Shown: positions 30,945 through 46,565, counted from the first letter of the stretch. The stretch is 64,000 nt of DNA from Eledone cirrhosa (GCA_964016885.1 OZ024760.1:22940001-23004000), one strand, 5' to 3'. The notes: generated by a model from the letters alone, not told the origin. Numbers and translations are program-made.

Positions 30945-31570
30945 AGTTTTAATATAGATGAGATTCTACAGGACTAGAACTGTTTCATTCTTTAGAAATC
31001 ATCAGGAATCTGGGTATCAAAAAATAAATATGGTATTTATAGGTCTCTTCGGGTGGTAGGAGAGGGTAGGGAGTGGGATGGGTGTAGGTCATTGGTTGAT
31101 AGAAAGGGGAATTCATTAAAAGCTAATTCTTCAAAGCTATAGTTTATTTCAGAGTAACAAAGGCAGAAAGAATTCTATAAACAAGTTCAGGATGGGGTGC
31201 CACTCCTTATTTTTAAGTTTCTCTTAAGCTAACAATGCCTAGATTTCAGGTGTCTATAAGATCATTGGGGGTCAGTCATGGTTGATGGATTTAAAGAAAA
31301 GGGAAAATCTTTAAATCCATCAACCATGACTGACCCCCAATGATCTTATAGACACCTGAAATCTAGGCATTGTTAGCTTAAGAGAAACTTAAAAATAAGG
31401 AGTGGCACCCCATCCTGAACTTGTTTATAGAATTCTTTCTGCCTTTGTTACTCTAAATATAAACTATAGCTTTGACGAATTAGCTTTCAATGAATTCCCT
31501 TTTCTATCAACCAATGACCTACACCCATCCCACCCCTACCCTCTCCTACCACCTGAAGAGACCTATAAAC
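30945..31570. mobile_element. Family B element with inverted arms of about 260 bp
   Basis: 31036-31297 inverted to 31309-31569; left extension carries the HHR. Confidence 0.85.
30961..31011 (-). ncRNA. Type I hammerhead ribozyme, family B
   Basis: Minus strand agattc CTGATGA t ttct aa agaa t GAAA cag ttctagtc ctg TA gaatct; stems I-III all pair; GUA site. Confidence 0.75.
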
Positions 31571-31679
31571 ACACACTAGTCACCCAATCACGAACACACA
31601 TCAAACAAAACACTATACAAACACGCAAACGCATGCGCAAAGAAGACAAAATAAAATGAACAAACAAACAAATAAATAG

Positions 31680-31989
31680 ATAAATATATAGACAGACTAA
31701 ATAAAAAATGGCGTAGACATACAATGCAACGGGAGGAAACAATAGCACCACTGACGATGTTACAGATGTGCAACGAAAGAACTCTGATAAACTATATATA
31801 TGTGTTTGTGTCTATATTGTATCTGTATTATTTTTGACCGCCGGTCAGTCAATGGCAACATTGAGGACCGAATAAATTAGATTACCGATATAAAAGACAC
31901 AGAAGCGAGAAGCGAAAACCAACCAAACAGTGAGTGTGTTCTGTTATTAATTCTGGCAATATTACACAAATATGACCCTCCCCAAGTAT

Positions 31990-31996
<7 letters not shown>
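31680..31996. mobile_element. Family E copy, reverse orientation relative to 6572
   Basis: Reverse complement of 6572-6880. Confidence 0.85.
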
Positions 31997-32083
<87 letters not shown>

Positions 32084-32403
32084 TATGTTTGTACTTTAGC
32101 TATATACATATACGAATGAAATAGATTTGAATACACAGATCAACGGCTGGTCCCTTGAGCAGAAATTTATTGCTAGTTACATACTGACACCATTACAATT
32201 GGCCATGTGTTGAACAGTCTCAAAATTTCTATGGTAATCGATATAAATCGATACCAACACCCCATCAATATCAATTCCTCTACTCTTATATATACATGTA
32301 AATAAAACATGTAAATGTCAACTTGGATAATGAGAATAATAGACAAATAACAGCAGTTGTTTTCATTTTAGGGGCCGAAGATATATGTTTATATGCAATT
32401 GAA

Positions 32404-32464
<61 letters not shown>

Positions 32465-32600
32465 AAAGAGAGTGCGTGTGTAATATATATTTACATATAT
32501 ATAAGTAGAGCTATGTGTATATATGCATAAAAATGAATATATAGACAGATATTTATTTAATTATATATATTTATAAGTATATATATGTATATGTATATCA

Positions 32601-32811
<211 letters not shown>

Positions 32812-33554
32812 TATATAGATATATATATATATATATATATGTATTGATGTATGTATGTATGAATATATAAATAATTAATACATGTATATCTATAACGATA
32901 ATTTTGGCGAGTTATCCATTTTCAATTTCATTACCAATAAGCCCCGTGTAGTGTGTGTGTCTGTGTGTGCACAAAATGTGTGATTATATGGGGGGATTGT
33001 GCAAGCATGTGAGCGTTTGTGAGTGTGTGTGTGTGTGTGTGTGTATGCGTGTGCATGCACGTTTGTGTGTGTGCTTGTGTGTGGAAGCGCGTTTGCGTAT
33101 ATGAGGTTGTGATTGTGCAAGCATGCGAACGTTTGTCTGTGAGTGTGTGTGTGTCTTTGTGTGTTTGTATGTGTGTGCATGTGTGTGGAGGAATTTGTGT
33201 AATTCCTAAATTTTGTAGAGAGAATGTTGAAAGTCTGAAATTTCCCAAGTGAGCCGCATGATTGACCGAACGAAAATATCAGCAGACGATCACTAGAAAT
33301 TATGGAACCCTAAATACATTATTCACGATGTCTGTACAACTAAGCTGGCAGTATATCACAATGTAAAAGGACAAATCTCTATGAGACTTCACCAGACGTG
33401 TTAACATTTCTGTCAAGCAAAGAATTTTGAATGATTAGGTAAAAAGATTCGAACAAATATAGTCTACAGACGATGGGAAATATGTCAGGACATATTATGT
33501 TATTTGGAATAAAGCAACATAAGTGATGAGGATGGTGGTGGTGGTGTTGATGAA

Positions 33555-33611
<57 letters not shown>

Positions 33612-33670
33612 ACTAATAATAAAGCAAATATGCAACGGTTCCAATAATACTATATTTTTTACTAGGTTTG

Positions 33671-33733
<63 letters not shown>

Positions 33734-33788
33734 CACACACACAATCGGAATCTTTCTCTCTCCATCTATCTATCGTCCACTCTCTCTC

Positions 33789-33844
<56 letters not shown>

Positions 33845-33861
33845 CGGCGATGAATTAGTTT

Positions 33862-33913
<52 letters not shown>

Positions 33914-34020
33914 AGGGGGTGTAAAGCGGGATTACACTAGGTTCACCCGGGTGAGCACTCGACGTTTAGGTTCACATCGGTATCGAGGCGTAGAGCTAGA
34001 CAGAGCTCTACGCTCTTATA

Positions 34021-34122
34021 ATAATTGTTTCTACATTTGGCACAAGGCCAGCAATTACCCGGTGCATGACTGGTACTACTTTATTTTATCGACCCAGCAA
34101 GGATGAAAGGTTTAGTTGACCT
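34021..34122 (-). mobile_element. 5'-truncated SINE
   Basis: Reverse complement of consensus 3' half. Confidence 0.8.
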
Positions 34123-34139
34123 TTATATATACAATCATG

Positions 34140-34806
34140 ATAACGGCCGGTAACACAGATCAAAGTCAACCAACAGGACGTGGAGGAAGTCGATCACTTC
34201 ACCCATCTTGGCAGCACCCTGACAAGCAGCGGCGGCGCGGAGCTTGACATCAACTGTCGGATCGGCAAAGGAGCCGCAGTTTTCCAGCAGCAGTGCCCAG
34301 TCTGGTCGTCTTCATACATTACCACCAAGACCAAGCTCCGCCTGTACAAGAGCATCGTGCTGCCGACAGTGCTTTATGCGAGCGAGACCTGGAAGAGTAC
34401 GGCAAAAATAGAGAGACGGTTGAACGCTTTCCACCAGCGGTGCCTGCGAAAGATTCTTTTGGTGTCCTGGCGCGACCGAGTGCGAAACGAGGAGATCCTG
34501 CGGAGAGCCGAGTCGTGGACGCTACAGAGAGTGGTCACGGAGCGTCGGTGCCGTCTGGCTGGCCGCCATATTCTGCGTCTGCCAAATGAACGGTCTTCGA
34601 AAACGTGAACGATGAGCTGGACTCCGCCTGGCGGCAAACGGAGAGGCGGGGTTGCCCAAGGATCACCTGGAGACGAATGTTCCGGAAGGACCTGATGGCA
34701 GTCAACATCACCTGGCACGCTCTCGAAAAAGTTGCCGCTGATCGTGACCGTTGGCGGGTACTTACTGCTCGATGCGCCGAACCGCGCGGAAGAATCTAAG
34801 ACTAAG
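34140..34806 (+). mobile_element. RTE-clade LINE 3' fragment (RT thumb and C-terminus), frameshifted
   Basis: EEVDHFTHLGS..DINCRIGK..TKLRLYKSIVLPTVLYASETW..FHQRCLRKIL.VSWRDRVRNEE..RGCPRITW..DRDRW; short CTAAG repeat tail. Confidence 0.9.
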
Positions 34807-35053
34807 ATATATATACATATATATATGTATATATATATCTATATGTATATATATATATATGTATATGTATATCTATATGTATATATGTATATCTATATGT
34901 ATATCTATATATATATATATGTATATATGTATATATATATGTATATATGTATATATATACATATATGTATATATGTATATATATATATGTATATGTATAT
35001 CTATATGTATATATATATATATATGTATATCTATATGTATATCTATCTATCTA

Positions 35054-35097
<44 letters not shown>

Positions 35098-35294
35098 GTA
35101 TATATATGTATATATGTATATATATGTATATATGTATGTATATATATGTATATATGTATATATATATATGTATATATGTATATATATATATGTATATATG
35201 TATATATATATATGTATATGTATATATGTATATATATATATGTATATATGTATATGTATATATGTATATATGTATATATATATATGTATATATG

Positions 35295-35343
<49 letters not shown>

Positions 35344-35344
35344 G

Positions 35345-35425
<81 letters not shown>

Positions 35426-35442
35426 GTATATATGTATATATG

Positions 35443-35477
<35 letters not shown>

Positions 35478-35521
35478 ATATGTATATATGTATATATATA
35501 TATATATATACATATATAGAT

Positions 35522-36495
35522 ATACAGATTATCCGGGGGTTTACTCTACATATGATGCATTTCCTATTAGTAAAGTGGGTTTTCTTAAAAGGGTAGGTTT
35601 TGCTGATCAGGGATTTTATGGTGGTTCCTGGCTTTTCTACCACCTTAATCTTTAAGTGGGTCTTTCTCAGGGCCTTTCTACACTGGTTAGCTTTTCTCTC
35701 CAGGGGTAGCCGCCACAAACATGATACTCTGGTATCTCTGGTTGACCTACCATGAGTTGGCTTTCCCTATCTTATGTCTAGTCCTATCTAAGCTATTCCA
35801 TGATTTTCTTCTGTATACTTGGCAAATTCCTTTCATGTCCAGTTCTATGAGGACCTTATACTACTCCGTGGCTCCTTCGTATACTCTGATTCTGTCTCTT
35901 TGGTTGTAGCCAGAGAACTGCATGCGGTTGAGGAAGTGTTGGATGTGTCGTTCCATTTCTGTTGGGTCGCAATTGCGGGACACGTTCTTCATCACTCGTG
36001 TCAAGTCTACTGGACATTGCTGAGTTTTTGAGTATCAGGTATTTGGAGGCCATGGTTTTAGCGTAGTGTGAGTGGAGAATTTGGGCTCTCTCGTCTATAA
36101 TGTTAGTCCAGAGTTCTATTTCTAATACAGGTAGTCTACTGTTACGGTGTTTGGAAGGGTAGTCGATAGTTACAGTTATACACCGGTGTATGGAATTAGC
36201 TATCTGCTGGATGCTTTCGATTGTGCTACATTCTAAATTAAACTTGTTAGTACTCTCTTGTGGGGATGTCCTTATTGCTATATTGATGTCGTCTACGTAA
36301 AGAGAGTACATGATGAGGTCTATGGACCTCTCATCAAGGAGATCTTTGAGTCTCCTTTCCCCCCATATCATACAAAGGTTGGCAACGTCACCAGCTATGC
36401 TGACGCCAATGGCTGCTCCCTCATTTTGGGTGTAGATCTTCTCGTTGAATTTGAATATGTGGCCCTTTAGGGTAGTTTTGATACTAGCCCCTATT
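35522..36495 (-). mobile_element. Penelope-like element reverse transcriptase fragment, frameshifted
   Basis: [52 protein letters not shown], then in another frame [26 protein letters not shown] linker. Confidence 0.85.
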
Positions 36496-36721
36496 GCATA
36501 ATTATTAATTCTGTCAATACTATTACACAGATTTGACCCTCCCCAAGTATAACAATATATGTATATATATATATATATATATAAATGTACATATATGTTT
36601 ACATACATGTATTTATATGTATATATATATATATATGTATATATATGTATATATATATATATGTATATATATGTATATATATGTATATATATGTATATAT
36701 ATATATATGTATCTATCTATC

Positions 36722-37140
36722 TAAGGCGGGTAAAATTCCCGAGATCCATGGACGAGTTCTCTCCAGCGGTCTCTGTCCCTCATTATCGCTGCCATATCCT
36801 GCATCTCCAACAGACCAGTGGGGATCACTAATGTAGGCGGGAAGCCGCTGGAATTGGTTCAGGACTTCCTGTATTTGGAAGCAAAGATTGTTAATGCGGA
36901 GGATGATGTGGTTGAGAGGAAGAGCAAGGCCTGGGCGGCGTGCCACAGCTTGAGATCGGTGTGGAAGTTGGACCTTCATAGAGACCTGAAAATCCGCCTC
37001 TTCATTGCTGTAGTGGAGTCTGTGCTGCTGTATGGGTCTGAGACTTGGACACTGACGAAGAAACTCACTCAGATGGTGGATGGGTGCTACACGAGAATGC
37101 TCAGGATGGCTCTGAACATTAATCAGTATACACTGAGGAT
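36722..37140 (+). mobile_element. RTE-type LINE RT fragment, second family
   Basis: [62 protein letters not shown]. Confidence 0.85.
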
Positions 37141-37449
37141 ATATATGTATAGTATGTATATATATATGTATATATATGTATATATATATATGTATATATA
37201 TATATGTATATATATGTATATATATGTGTATATACATGTATATATATGTATATATATATATGTATATATATATGTATATATATGTATATATATATGTATA
37301 TATATATATATATGTATATATATATGTATATATATATGTATATATATATATGTGTATATATATATGTATATATATATATATATGTGTGTGTGTGTATATA
37401 TATATATATATGTGTGTGTGTATATATATAAATACATATACACGCGTGT

Positions 37450-37715
37450 GTATGATTGTGTATAGAAGATTATATTAATCAAGTTTGTGTATAGAAGATT
37501 ATATTAGTCAAGTTTGCAATTTTCAGTTGAAAATTGCAATCTTGACTGTCACCACTGAATATGAACCTGAAGATTGAGAAAGCATGAAAGTACTTATTCA
37601 ATTAACACTTAACATTTAATATCCTACCATACTATTTCATTCTAATACCATTATCAATTTTAAAGGATTGTTAATAAAACGAGTAAATTAGACAAAGTTG
37701 GAATTTCTTTTATTA
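37450..37715 (+). mobile_element. Small fold-back plus degenerate HHR-like motif (additional PLE-like family)
   Basis: Hairpin 37506-37547; tgaac CTGAAGA ttg agaaag cat GAAA GTAC TT attca at 37562-37600. Confidence 0.5.
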
Positions 37716-37864
37716 ATATATATGTATATATATGTGTATATATATGTATATATATGTATATATATGTATAGATGTATATATATGTATAGATGTATATATA
37801 TGTATATATGTATATATATGTATATAAATATGTATATATATGTATATATTTATATATATGTATA

Positions 37865-37896
<32 letters not shown>

Positions 37897-37907
37897 AGTA
37901 TATATAT

Positions 37908-38873
37908 AAACACATTGAGACGATGGTTAAACAATCATTCGCATAGCGAAAAAAAAAAAACGATCAAGTAATTCGTGTATTGAAAATTTACCCGGACCCC
38001 TGGAAAGTTGGTAAAATCCAGTATATGGGTTTCTGCGGCTCCTAAATCAAGTACCATCCGCTTACATAAAAAAATATCAGGCTTCTGGTAATATGATTGA
38101 ACAAAAAAGCCACTTTCTCAACAGGTTTTAGTTCAATGTTAATACAAGCACTGACTATTGCTGACCCCACGTGGGGATAGGCAAGGGAGGCAACACCTAT
38201 ATCAGGCGAATGAATTCAGTTGTGTATATTTTTGCAAGAATGCAAAAACATCACAAATCGAATAGAGTTCTCAACAGAAGGGTTAAAATTAACATAAGCT
38301 ATTCATCAGTCAATAGAAGCAACTAAAAAATCAAGAAAATTAACTGGTCAATAGCTAGCGTCTGGAGAATAATACAAACATAAATTATCGAGATTCGCAT
38401 TTTGGCCCACGACATAACGAAAAACAATCTCCGAGATGTGCGGCAAGTGCTCAATGATTCAGATGAACCAGAGCTATAACAAACGTTAAAGGCCAAACAC
38501 ACTGAGACGATGGTTAAACAATCATTCGCATAGCCAAAAAAAACAAAAACGATCAAGTAATTCGGGTATTGAAAATCTACCCGGACCCCTGGAATGTTGG
38601 TAAAATCCAGTATATGGGTTTCTGCGGCTCCTAAATATAGTACCATCCGCTTACATAAAAAAATATCAGGCTTCTGGTAATATGATTGAACAAGGAAGCC
38701 ACTTTCTCAACAGGTTTTAGTTCAATGTTAATACAAGGACTGACTATTGCTCACCCCACGTGGGGATAGGCAAGGGAGGCAACCCCTATATCAGGCGAAT
38801 GAATTCAGTTGTGTGTATTTTTGCAAGAATGCAAAAACATCACAAATCGAATAGAGTTCTCAACAGAAGGGTT

Positions 38874-38880
<7 letters not shown>
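37908..38880. repeat. Direct repeat of about 380 bp (37908-38291 and 38496-38880) around a spacer of about 205 bp
   Basis: Near-identical copies, bounded by TA-rich tracts. Confidence 0.9.
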
Positions 38881-38924
<44 letters not shown>

Positions 38925-39162
38925 CACACATATATATGCGAGTTACATTTTTACATAGCATCTCTCCTTCGCTCTTACATTTTGAGAATCATGAAACTTG
39001 TCGAACCGTTAAATTTATAACCTATTTTATATAAACCTTAAAGATTCCAATTGCATTTTCCGCCTCTTTCTACGCTTCTCTCACCCCATCCCTTACTATC
39101 CATCCTCACTCTCTATCCTCACTCTCCCCCTTCCTCACCCACCCCTCCGTCCAATCTCCCAG

Positions 39163-39260
<98 letters not shown>

Positions 39261-39365
39261 GAGAGAGCTAGAATGAGTGAGAGAGTGAATGAGAGATTCA
39301 CACATACATACAAAAACACATTAACACAATTCAAACGTGATCACACACAGAGACAAGCACACAAT

Positions 39366-39454
<89 letters not shown>

Positions 39455-39879
39455 ATACATATACATATATTACAGAAAACCATATTCAGAGGGATTTATG
39501 TAAAAGCATACACTTACAAACACGCACATTCACATATTCACAGACACGTGCATCCAGACACACACACTGCTGAACACACATATAAACATATGTACATCGG
39601 ACGAGCCTAGCAAATGTGACTATCTAAATTTATTCAGAGACATCGTAAATAAAGATGAGAACATTTGAATGCTAAGCTTGGATTTCTCGCCAAATAAATA
39701 TGCTTTTACTTAGCTGACAAATTCTTGTTCGTTTATTATTTATGTCATGCAATTCATTGCTGACATAAATAATTGTGTCAATAAATGTTTAAACGAAATA
39801 AAATAACACTCATATTACAAGATGGTACGCTCACTATCAATATATGTTTCAACATTTGTTTCCCAGACACTCTATCCAA

Positions 39880-40436
<557 letters not shown>

Positions 40437-40472
40437 CTATCTATCTATCTATTTATCTATCTATCTATCTAC

Positions 40473-40611
<139 letters not shown>

Positions 40612-41684
40612 AATGTGTGTGTGTCTTTCTATCTATGTATCAGTTTAGCTGTTTCTCTGCCTAGCTCTCAATCGTTTCTTCTAACTATCTATCTATCTAT
40701 CTATCTATGTACATAGCTATCAAAGTGATTTCTTATCTTATTATTGTGAGTATCATGCAGTGTGGCGCCCATACAGAAACACAATCACCCCCACCCACCA
40801 CCCACAATAATAAACGAAGAAAGAACAAACCACAGTCAAGCAATCATGTCTCAAACCACATCGTACTGTCGTCAGAACATGATCAGAATGTTACATTACG
40901 TTCTTTAGAACAGAAAAGCATTCGCTCATCGGCCGGCGATTTATCCACCCTTTGGCATAAACTACTTCAATGGTAACTACAGCGAGCGTAGGACCCCTTG
41001 AGACATCACTGATAATGGGGCTTCTCAGAAAAGGTCCCCTTCCGAAACATAAGGCCGAGCAGCCATGCTATAGATTCTGTCGAAGGAAAAGGCTAAGGTG
41101 AATGCAGCTTAGCACAAGTGACGTTGAAACTCATATTTCCAGGTGAGTGACGTGGAGAAACGTAAAGTAAAGTATCTCGCTCAAGGACACAAAAGGGAAT
41201 TTAAAACATCAAGATCGAATTCATACGTTAGTATCCATGCGTCTTCACTACAAAAGCATGCACTTATAAACCAGTATATATATATAGAGAGAGAGAAACA
41301 ATTTACGAAATGGAAATGCGGGTATATAGAATTTATTAGGTAACAATTGTTTCTATAGTGTATGAGTTACCTATACTTCGCTACTTGAATAATACACAAA
41401 TATTATCAAAAACCGAAAGTACACTGTAAGCCAACACACCATGTCATCAGTCCTTTGTATTAGAATGATATGAAAATATTTTATACACTAGATAAAAGAT
41501 AAAGAAGGAGGTAGGAAGAGAAGGGGAAGAGGGAAGTGAGTAAGGTGGAGGGAGTCTTAGGGTTTAAGACTGTCAGACTAGTAGAGATTGTGAAGAGAGA
41601 ATGTTTTGGCAGCAGTTAGCTTAATGAGGCGTGCTAAGGTTGGCTGGGAAGTAGATTCTTCTAGTGGTGTTGTTCGGACAAAAT

Positions 41685-41870
41685 TACGTTATTCCGGGTT
41701 GAATCGGAGGTAACCACAGTAAGTAAGGTACTCAATACATTGCAGAGTATAAAAGTTTTAATATAGATGAGATTCTACAGGACTAGAACTGTTTCATTCT
41801 TTAGAAATCATCAGATGATTTCTAAAGAATGAAACAGTTCTAGTCCTGTAGAATCTCATCTATATTAAAA

Positions 41871-41873
<3 letters not shown>
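41685..41873. mobile_element. Family B fold-back element
   Basis: Essentially perfect arms of about 60 bp with the apex inside CTGATGA (about 41813), plus tail. Confidence 0.85.
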
Positions 41874-41929
<56 letters not shown>

Positions 41930-41935
<6 letters not shown>

Positions 41936-42145
41936 AATGTGAAGGGTAAAAGCCAAAGAGGGCTCGATAAGGATGATATGTATATATATATCAAATATAT
42001 AAAACCAAGGAGCAAATATTATTAAAATAACGGATTAATGTGTTTGCGCAAAGAATCGCTGCTTTCACCCTTAACGGGATCTTCTGAAGATCCCTTTAAT
42101 GGTGAAAGCAGCAATTCTTTGCTTAAACCTTAATCTGTTATTTTA

Positions 42146-42146
<1 letters not shown>
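41930..42146. mobile_element. Family C fold-back element
   Basis: Apex at cttc t gaag (about 42085); CTGAAGA tccc..ggt GAAAG visible. Confidence 0.8.
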
Positions 42147-42183
<37 letters not shown>

Positions 42184-42184
42184 G

Positions 42185-42367
42185 TGGGAGCTTCCAACCG
42201 ACATGGTCGCATTGTTTAAGGATATGTCAATATTTGTTTATAAAACAGATCTATATTATATTTTATCTGATGAAAGCGCACCATAATTTGCTTTGGTATC
42301 CTTGAAATATGAATAATGAAATAAATATGGTTTTATAAATATAGTTTCCACTTGTTAATATATTGTA
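42185..42367 (+). mobile_element. Family A single arm with HHR
   Basis: tattttat CTGATGA aag..ctt GAAA tatgaata atgaaata. Confidence 0.8.
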
Positions 42368-42368
42368 T

Positions 42369-42467
<99 letters not shown>

Positions 42468-43719
42468 AGGAAGTTATCTTCTCACACTCACACACACACA
42501 CTCACATACTTACACCTTCATGCATTCTCCCACATACTTAAACAGGCATGTATATAATAAAAAATAAAACAAAAAAACCCTAAACAAACCCCTTTTAAAG
42601 GGAGACTACTCTTTATCCACTTAATTTTAACTCTTTGACATTAGAGATAGAACAGATACTCTATACTATTTCCTGTCAGCATGGCTTGGCAAGATATTTA
42701 GAACGCTGGTTTGAGACATTTATTTCCCTCTGAAGAAGAGATATTATCTCGAAAATTAAGGACATTTAAATAAATCTAAGGTAAAAGACGATTTGTCAAC
42801 AATATCTTTTGCAATTGCATTCTTTTTTCTATGTCCATACCTGCATTGTTTTGGCTTTATTATACATATTCAAACGATTATATATATATATATATATATA
42901 TATACATGGAAAGTTATATTTAAAATTATTATTATTGTTATCTTTTTATTTTTAGTTTTGTTTATGATATATATTTTTATTAGTATATTGAAATCTGCTC
43001 TCTATTTCTGCTTGATAGATAATCTTGTAGAGTAATGACAGGAATAATAATACACATATATGTATGCTCAAATTTTTATACCACATTGAGAATGTTTTCC
43101 GTGAACTTAGAGTTTGCAAAGTGAATCAGTTGGATTCGCATGGATGTTTGTAGCTGTCACATAAACATATGAATTTTTTAAAACTAAACATAAGATAATT
43201 AATTTTCACACACTATGGATACTTGTCTCATTCAGGAATACTGATATTTACAATATAGTGTAAGTTTTATAAATACTAATACATTAAAACATAGGGTTTT
43301 TACGCCTCGAATATATCTGGCTATTTTTAAATTTTTTCTCTCGCTATTTTTTTTTCCTCTCTCTATATTTTTTCTCTCTCTATATATCTCCCTTACATTA
43401 ATACTAGAGCTAAATAAATAAATAAATAAATAAATGTATCATTGATACATTTACTCAAAATGACCTCCCACTACCTAATTTTCTATATATATATGTATCT
43501 ATCTCTATTTCCTCTCTCTCTCTATATATATATATATCTTTTTGTTTCTTTACATGAAGTTCTTCGCTTTATCTATCTTTCCATCTCTCTATTTTGTTCC
43601 ATGCATTTCTTCTTTTTCTTCTTTTTCTTCCTTTTCTTCGTTTTCTGTCTTTCTTTCTTTTTTCTCTCTTTCTTTCTCTCTGTGTGAAATTTTTTCACTG
43701 CCAGCTTAAACCTCTTCAA

Positions 43720-43882
43720 ATGAAGTCGGTGTTATAACGGTATGTCGAATCTATTTATCTATAAAACTGTTTATATTGTATTTTGTCTGATGAAGGCATA
43801 GCATATTGTTAATATGATATCCCCGAAATATATATAATGGAATAAATATGGTTTTATAAATATAGTTTTCCATTTATTTAAT

Positions 43883-43888
<6 letters not shown>
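43720..43888 (+). mobile_element. Family A (second subfamily) single arm with HHR
   Basis: tattttgt CTGATGA ... GAAA tatatata atggaata; ends at the same boundary before (TA)n. Confidence 0.75.
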
Positions 43889-43964
<76 letters not shown>

Positions 43965-44040
43965 AGTAGTTCCACAACAGCTTAGTTCACCTTATCCTGA
44001 TCCTCAGCTCGGTCTAAATAAAGTTGTACGGAAAATCATA

Positions 44041-44092
<52 letters not shown>

Positions 44093-44159
44093 CGTGCGTG
44101 TGTGTGTGTATTGTCTGTGTATGTCTGTCTGTCTGACTGTCTGTTTGTGTGGTGGAGTA

Positions 44160-44640
44160 GATCGATACCATTATCGATACACATGGCCGGTTTACTAAAA
44201 CTACTAATTATATTGTTTTCAAAATTGTCTCGTATTCCACGAAAAGACCACCACCACCACCACCACCACCACAAGTACCACCAACAACAACACCAACAAT
44301 AACAACAACAGTAACAAGTTCATTAGTCGAAAATCATAGCCAAGAGAGACTAGACTAAAGATAGTACACAGGCTGAACTTGAATAGTAAAACCAATAACA
44401 ACATCAACAACGAGAAGATTAATGGCTTAATCAATATATATACTAGCACAAACATGGCACCGTTGATGACATGTAAGAATGTGTCTCTGTTTGTGTGTAT
44501 GTATACTGTATATATATCAGATAATCTTGACGTCAAACGGAGTATTAATTTTGATTGTTTACTACCATAAGATACGGCCGCCATTTTAACCTGTGTTTGA
44601 ACTTCCTCTAACTCATTATTCCAATTCCGCCATCTTGTGC
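44160..44640 (-). promoter_or_regulatory. Candidate promoter or 5' region
   Basis: Two co-oriented YY1-type CCGCCATNTT motifs (44578-44587, 44627-44636), CRE TGACGTCA (44528-44535), ETS-like ACTTCC (44601-44606), TATCGATA (44172-44179). Confidence 0.3.
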
Positions 44641-44846
44641 TGATCTTGAACGATTCTATCTCTTGAGAATTTATCACATTTTACTGCATTGAGCTTTTCA
44701 GCTGCTAATACGATATTCTTATATATTTATATATGCGATTCACGTTCTGATATGCATATTTATCGTGCAAATTTATAGGGCCAATATATGTATGGATGTG
44801 ACAGTGTGTGTGAGAGTGCCGTTGTGTATGTTTATGTGTATATATG

Positions 44847-44945
<99 letters not shown>

Positions 44946-44964
44946 ATTTATATACATATATATT

Positions 44965-45073
<109 letters not shown>

Positions 45074-45080
45074 ATATATA

Positions 45081-45152
<72 letters not shown>

Positions 45153-45230
45153 GTATATATATATTTATATATATATATATATATATATATAAATATATAT
45201 ATATATAAATATATATATATATAAATATAA

Positions 45231-45414
<184 letters not shown>

Positions 45415-45490
45415 ATATATAGTCTATGTGGTATCCTAATAAGTATTCAGTGCTTGTAGAGAACACCATCTGAGGTATGAGTTCTAGTGA

Positions 45491-45532
<42 letters not shown>

Positions 45533-45629
45533 GTGTGTGTGTTTTTTTGTGTGTGTGTGTCTGTGCGTATGCACATATGTATTTCCATCTGTTTTATTTT
45601 ATTTTAATTATATATATTTATTTATATAT

Positions 45630-45672
<43 letters not shown>

Positions 45673-46042
45673 TTGGTTTCCTTAATTGCCGCGCATCAAA
45701 TGAAGGTGGCGGATTGGTTGAATCGAAACAGCTGCGAGAAGGTTTTTAACGAGACCGCCTGTAGCAAAGTATTGAATAGTTGTAGACACAAATGTTAAAG
45801 GAATGAACGAACAGAACGGAGAACAATAATGCTACGAAGAGATTACATGAGCTAATTAAATTTGAAAGCAACAAGATCAAAGGCAGAATCCCCACAAACG
45901 TAATTAAGGAGTTTTAATTGCGTTTGAAAATCGCAATTTAAATGATCTACGTATATGTGAGTCGTGCACGCATGCATATATATATATGTTTGTGTGTGTG
46001 TGTATGTGTGTGTGTGTATGTGTGTGTTTGAGTGCATATGTA

Positions 46043-46122
<80 letters not shown>

Positions 46123-46202
46123 CACAACCTCTCACACACACAGATATATATATATAAATATATATGCGTTTGCATATATATATATATATACATACATATA
46201 TT

Positions 46203-46275
<73 letters not shown>

Positions 46276-46479
46276 ATATATATATGTGTGTGTATATATA
46301 TATGTGTGTGTGTGTTTATATATATATGTGTGTGTATATATATATGTGTGTGTGTATATATATGTATGTGTATATATATATATATATACATGTATATATA
46401 TATATATATATACATGTATATATATATATATATACATGTATATGTATATATATATATACATATATATATATATACCTGT

Positions 46480-46565
<86 letters not shown>

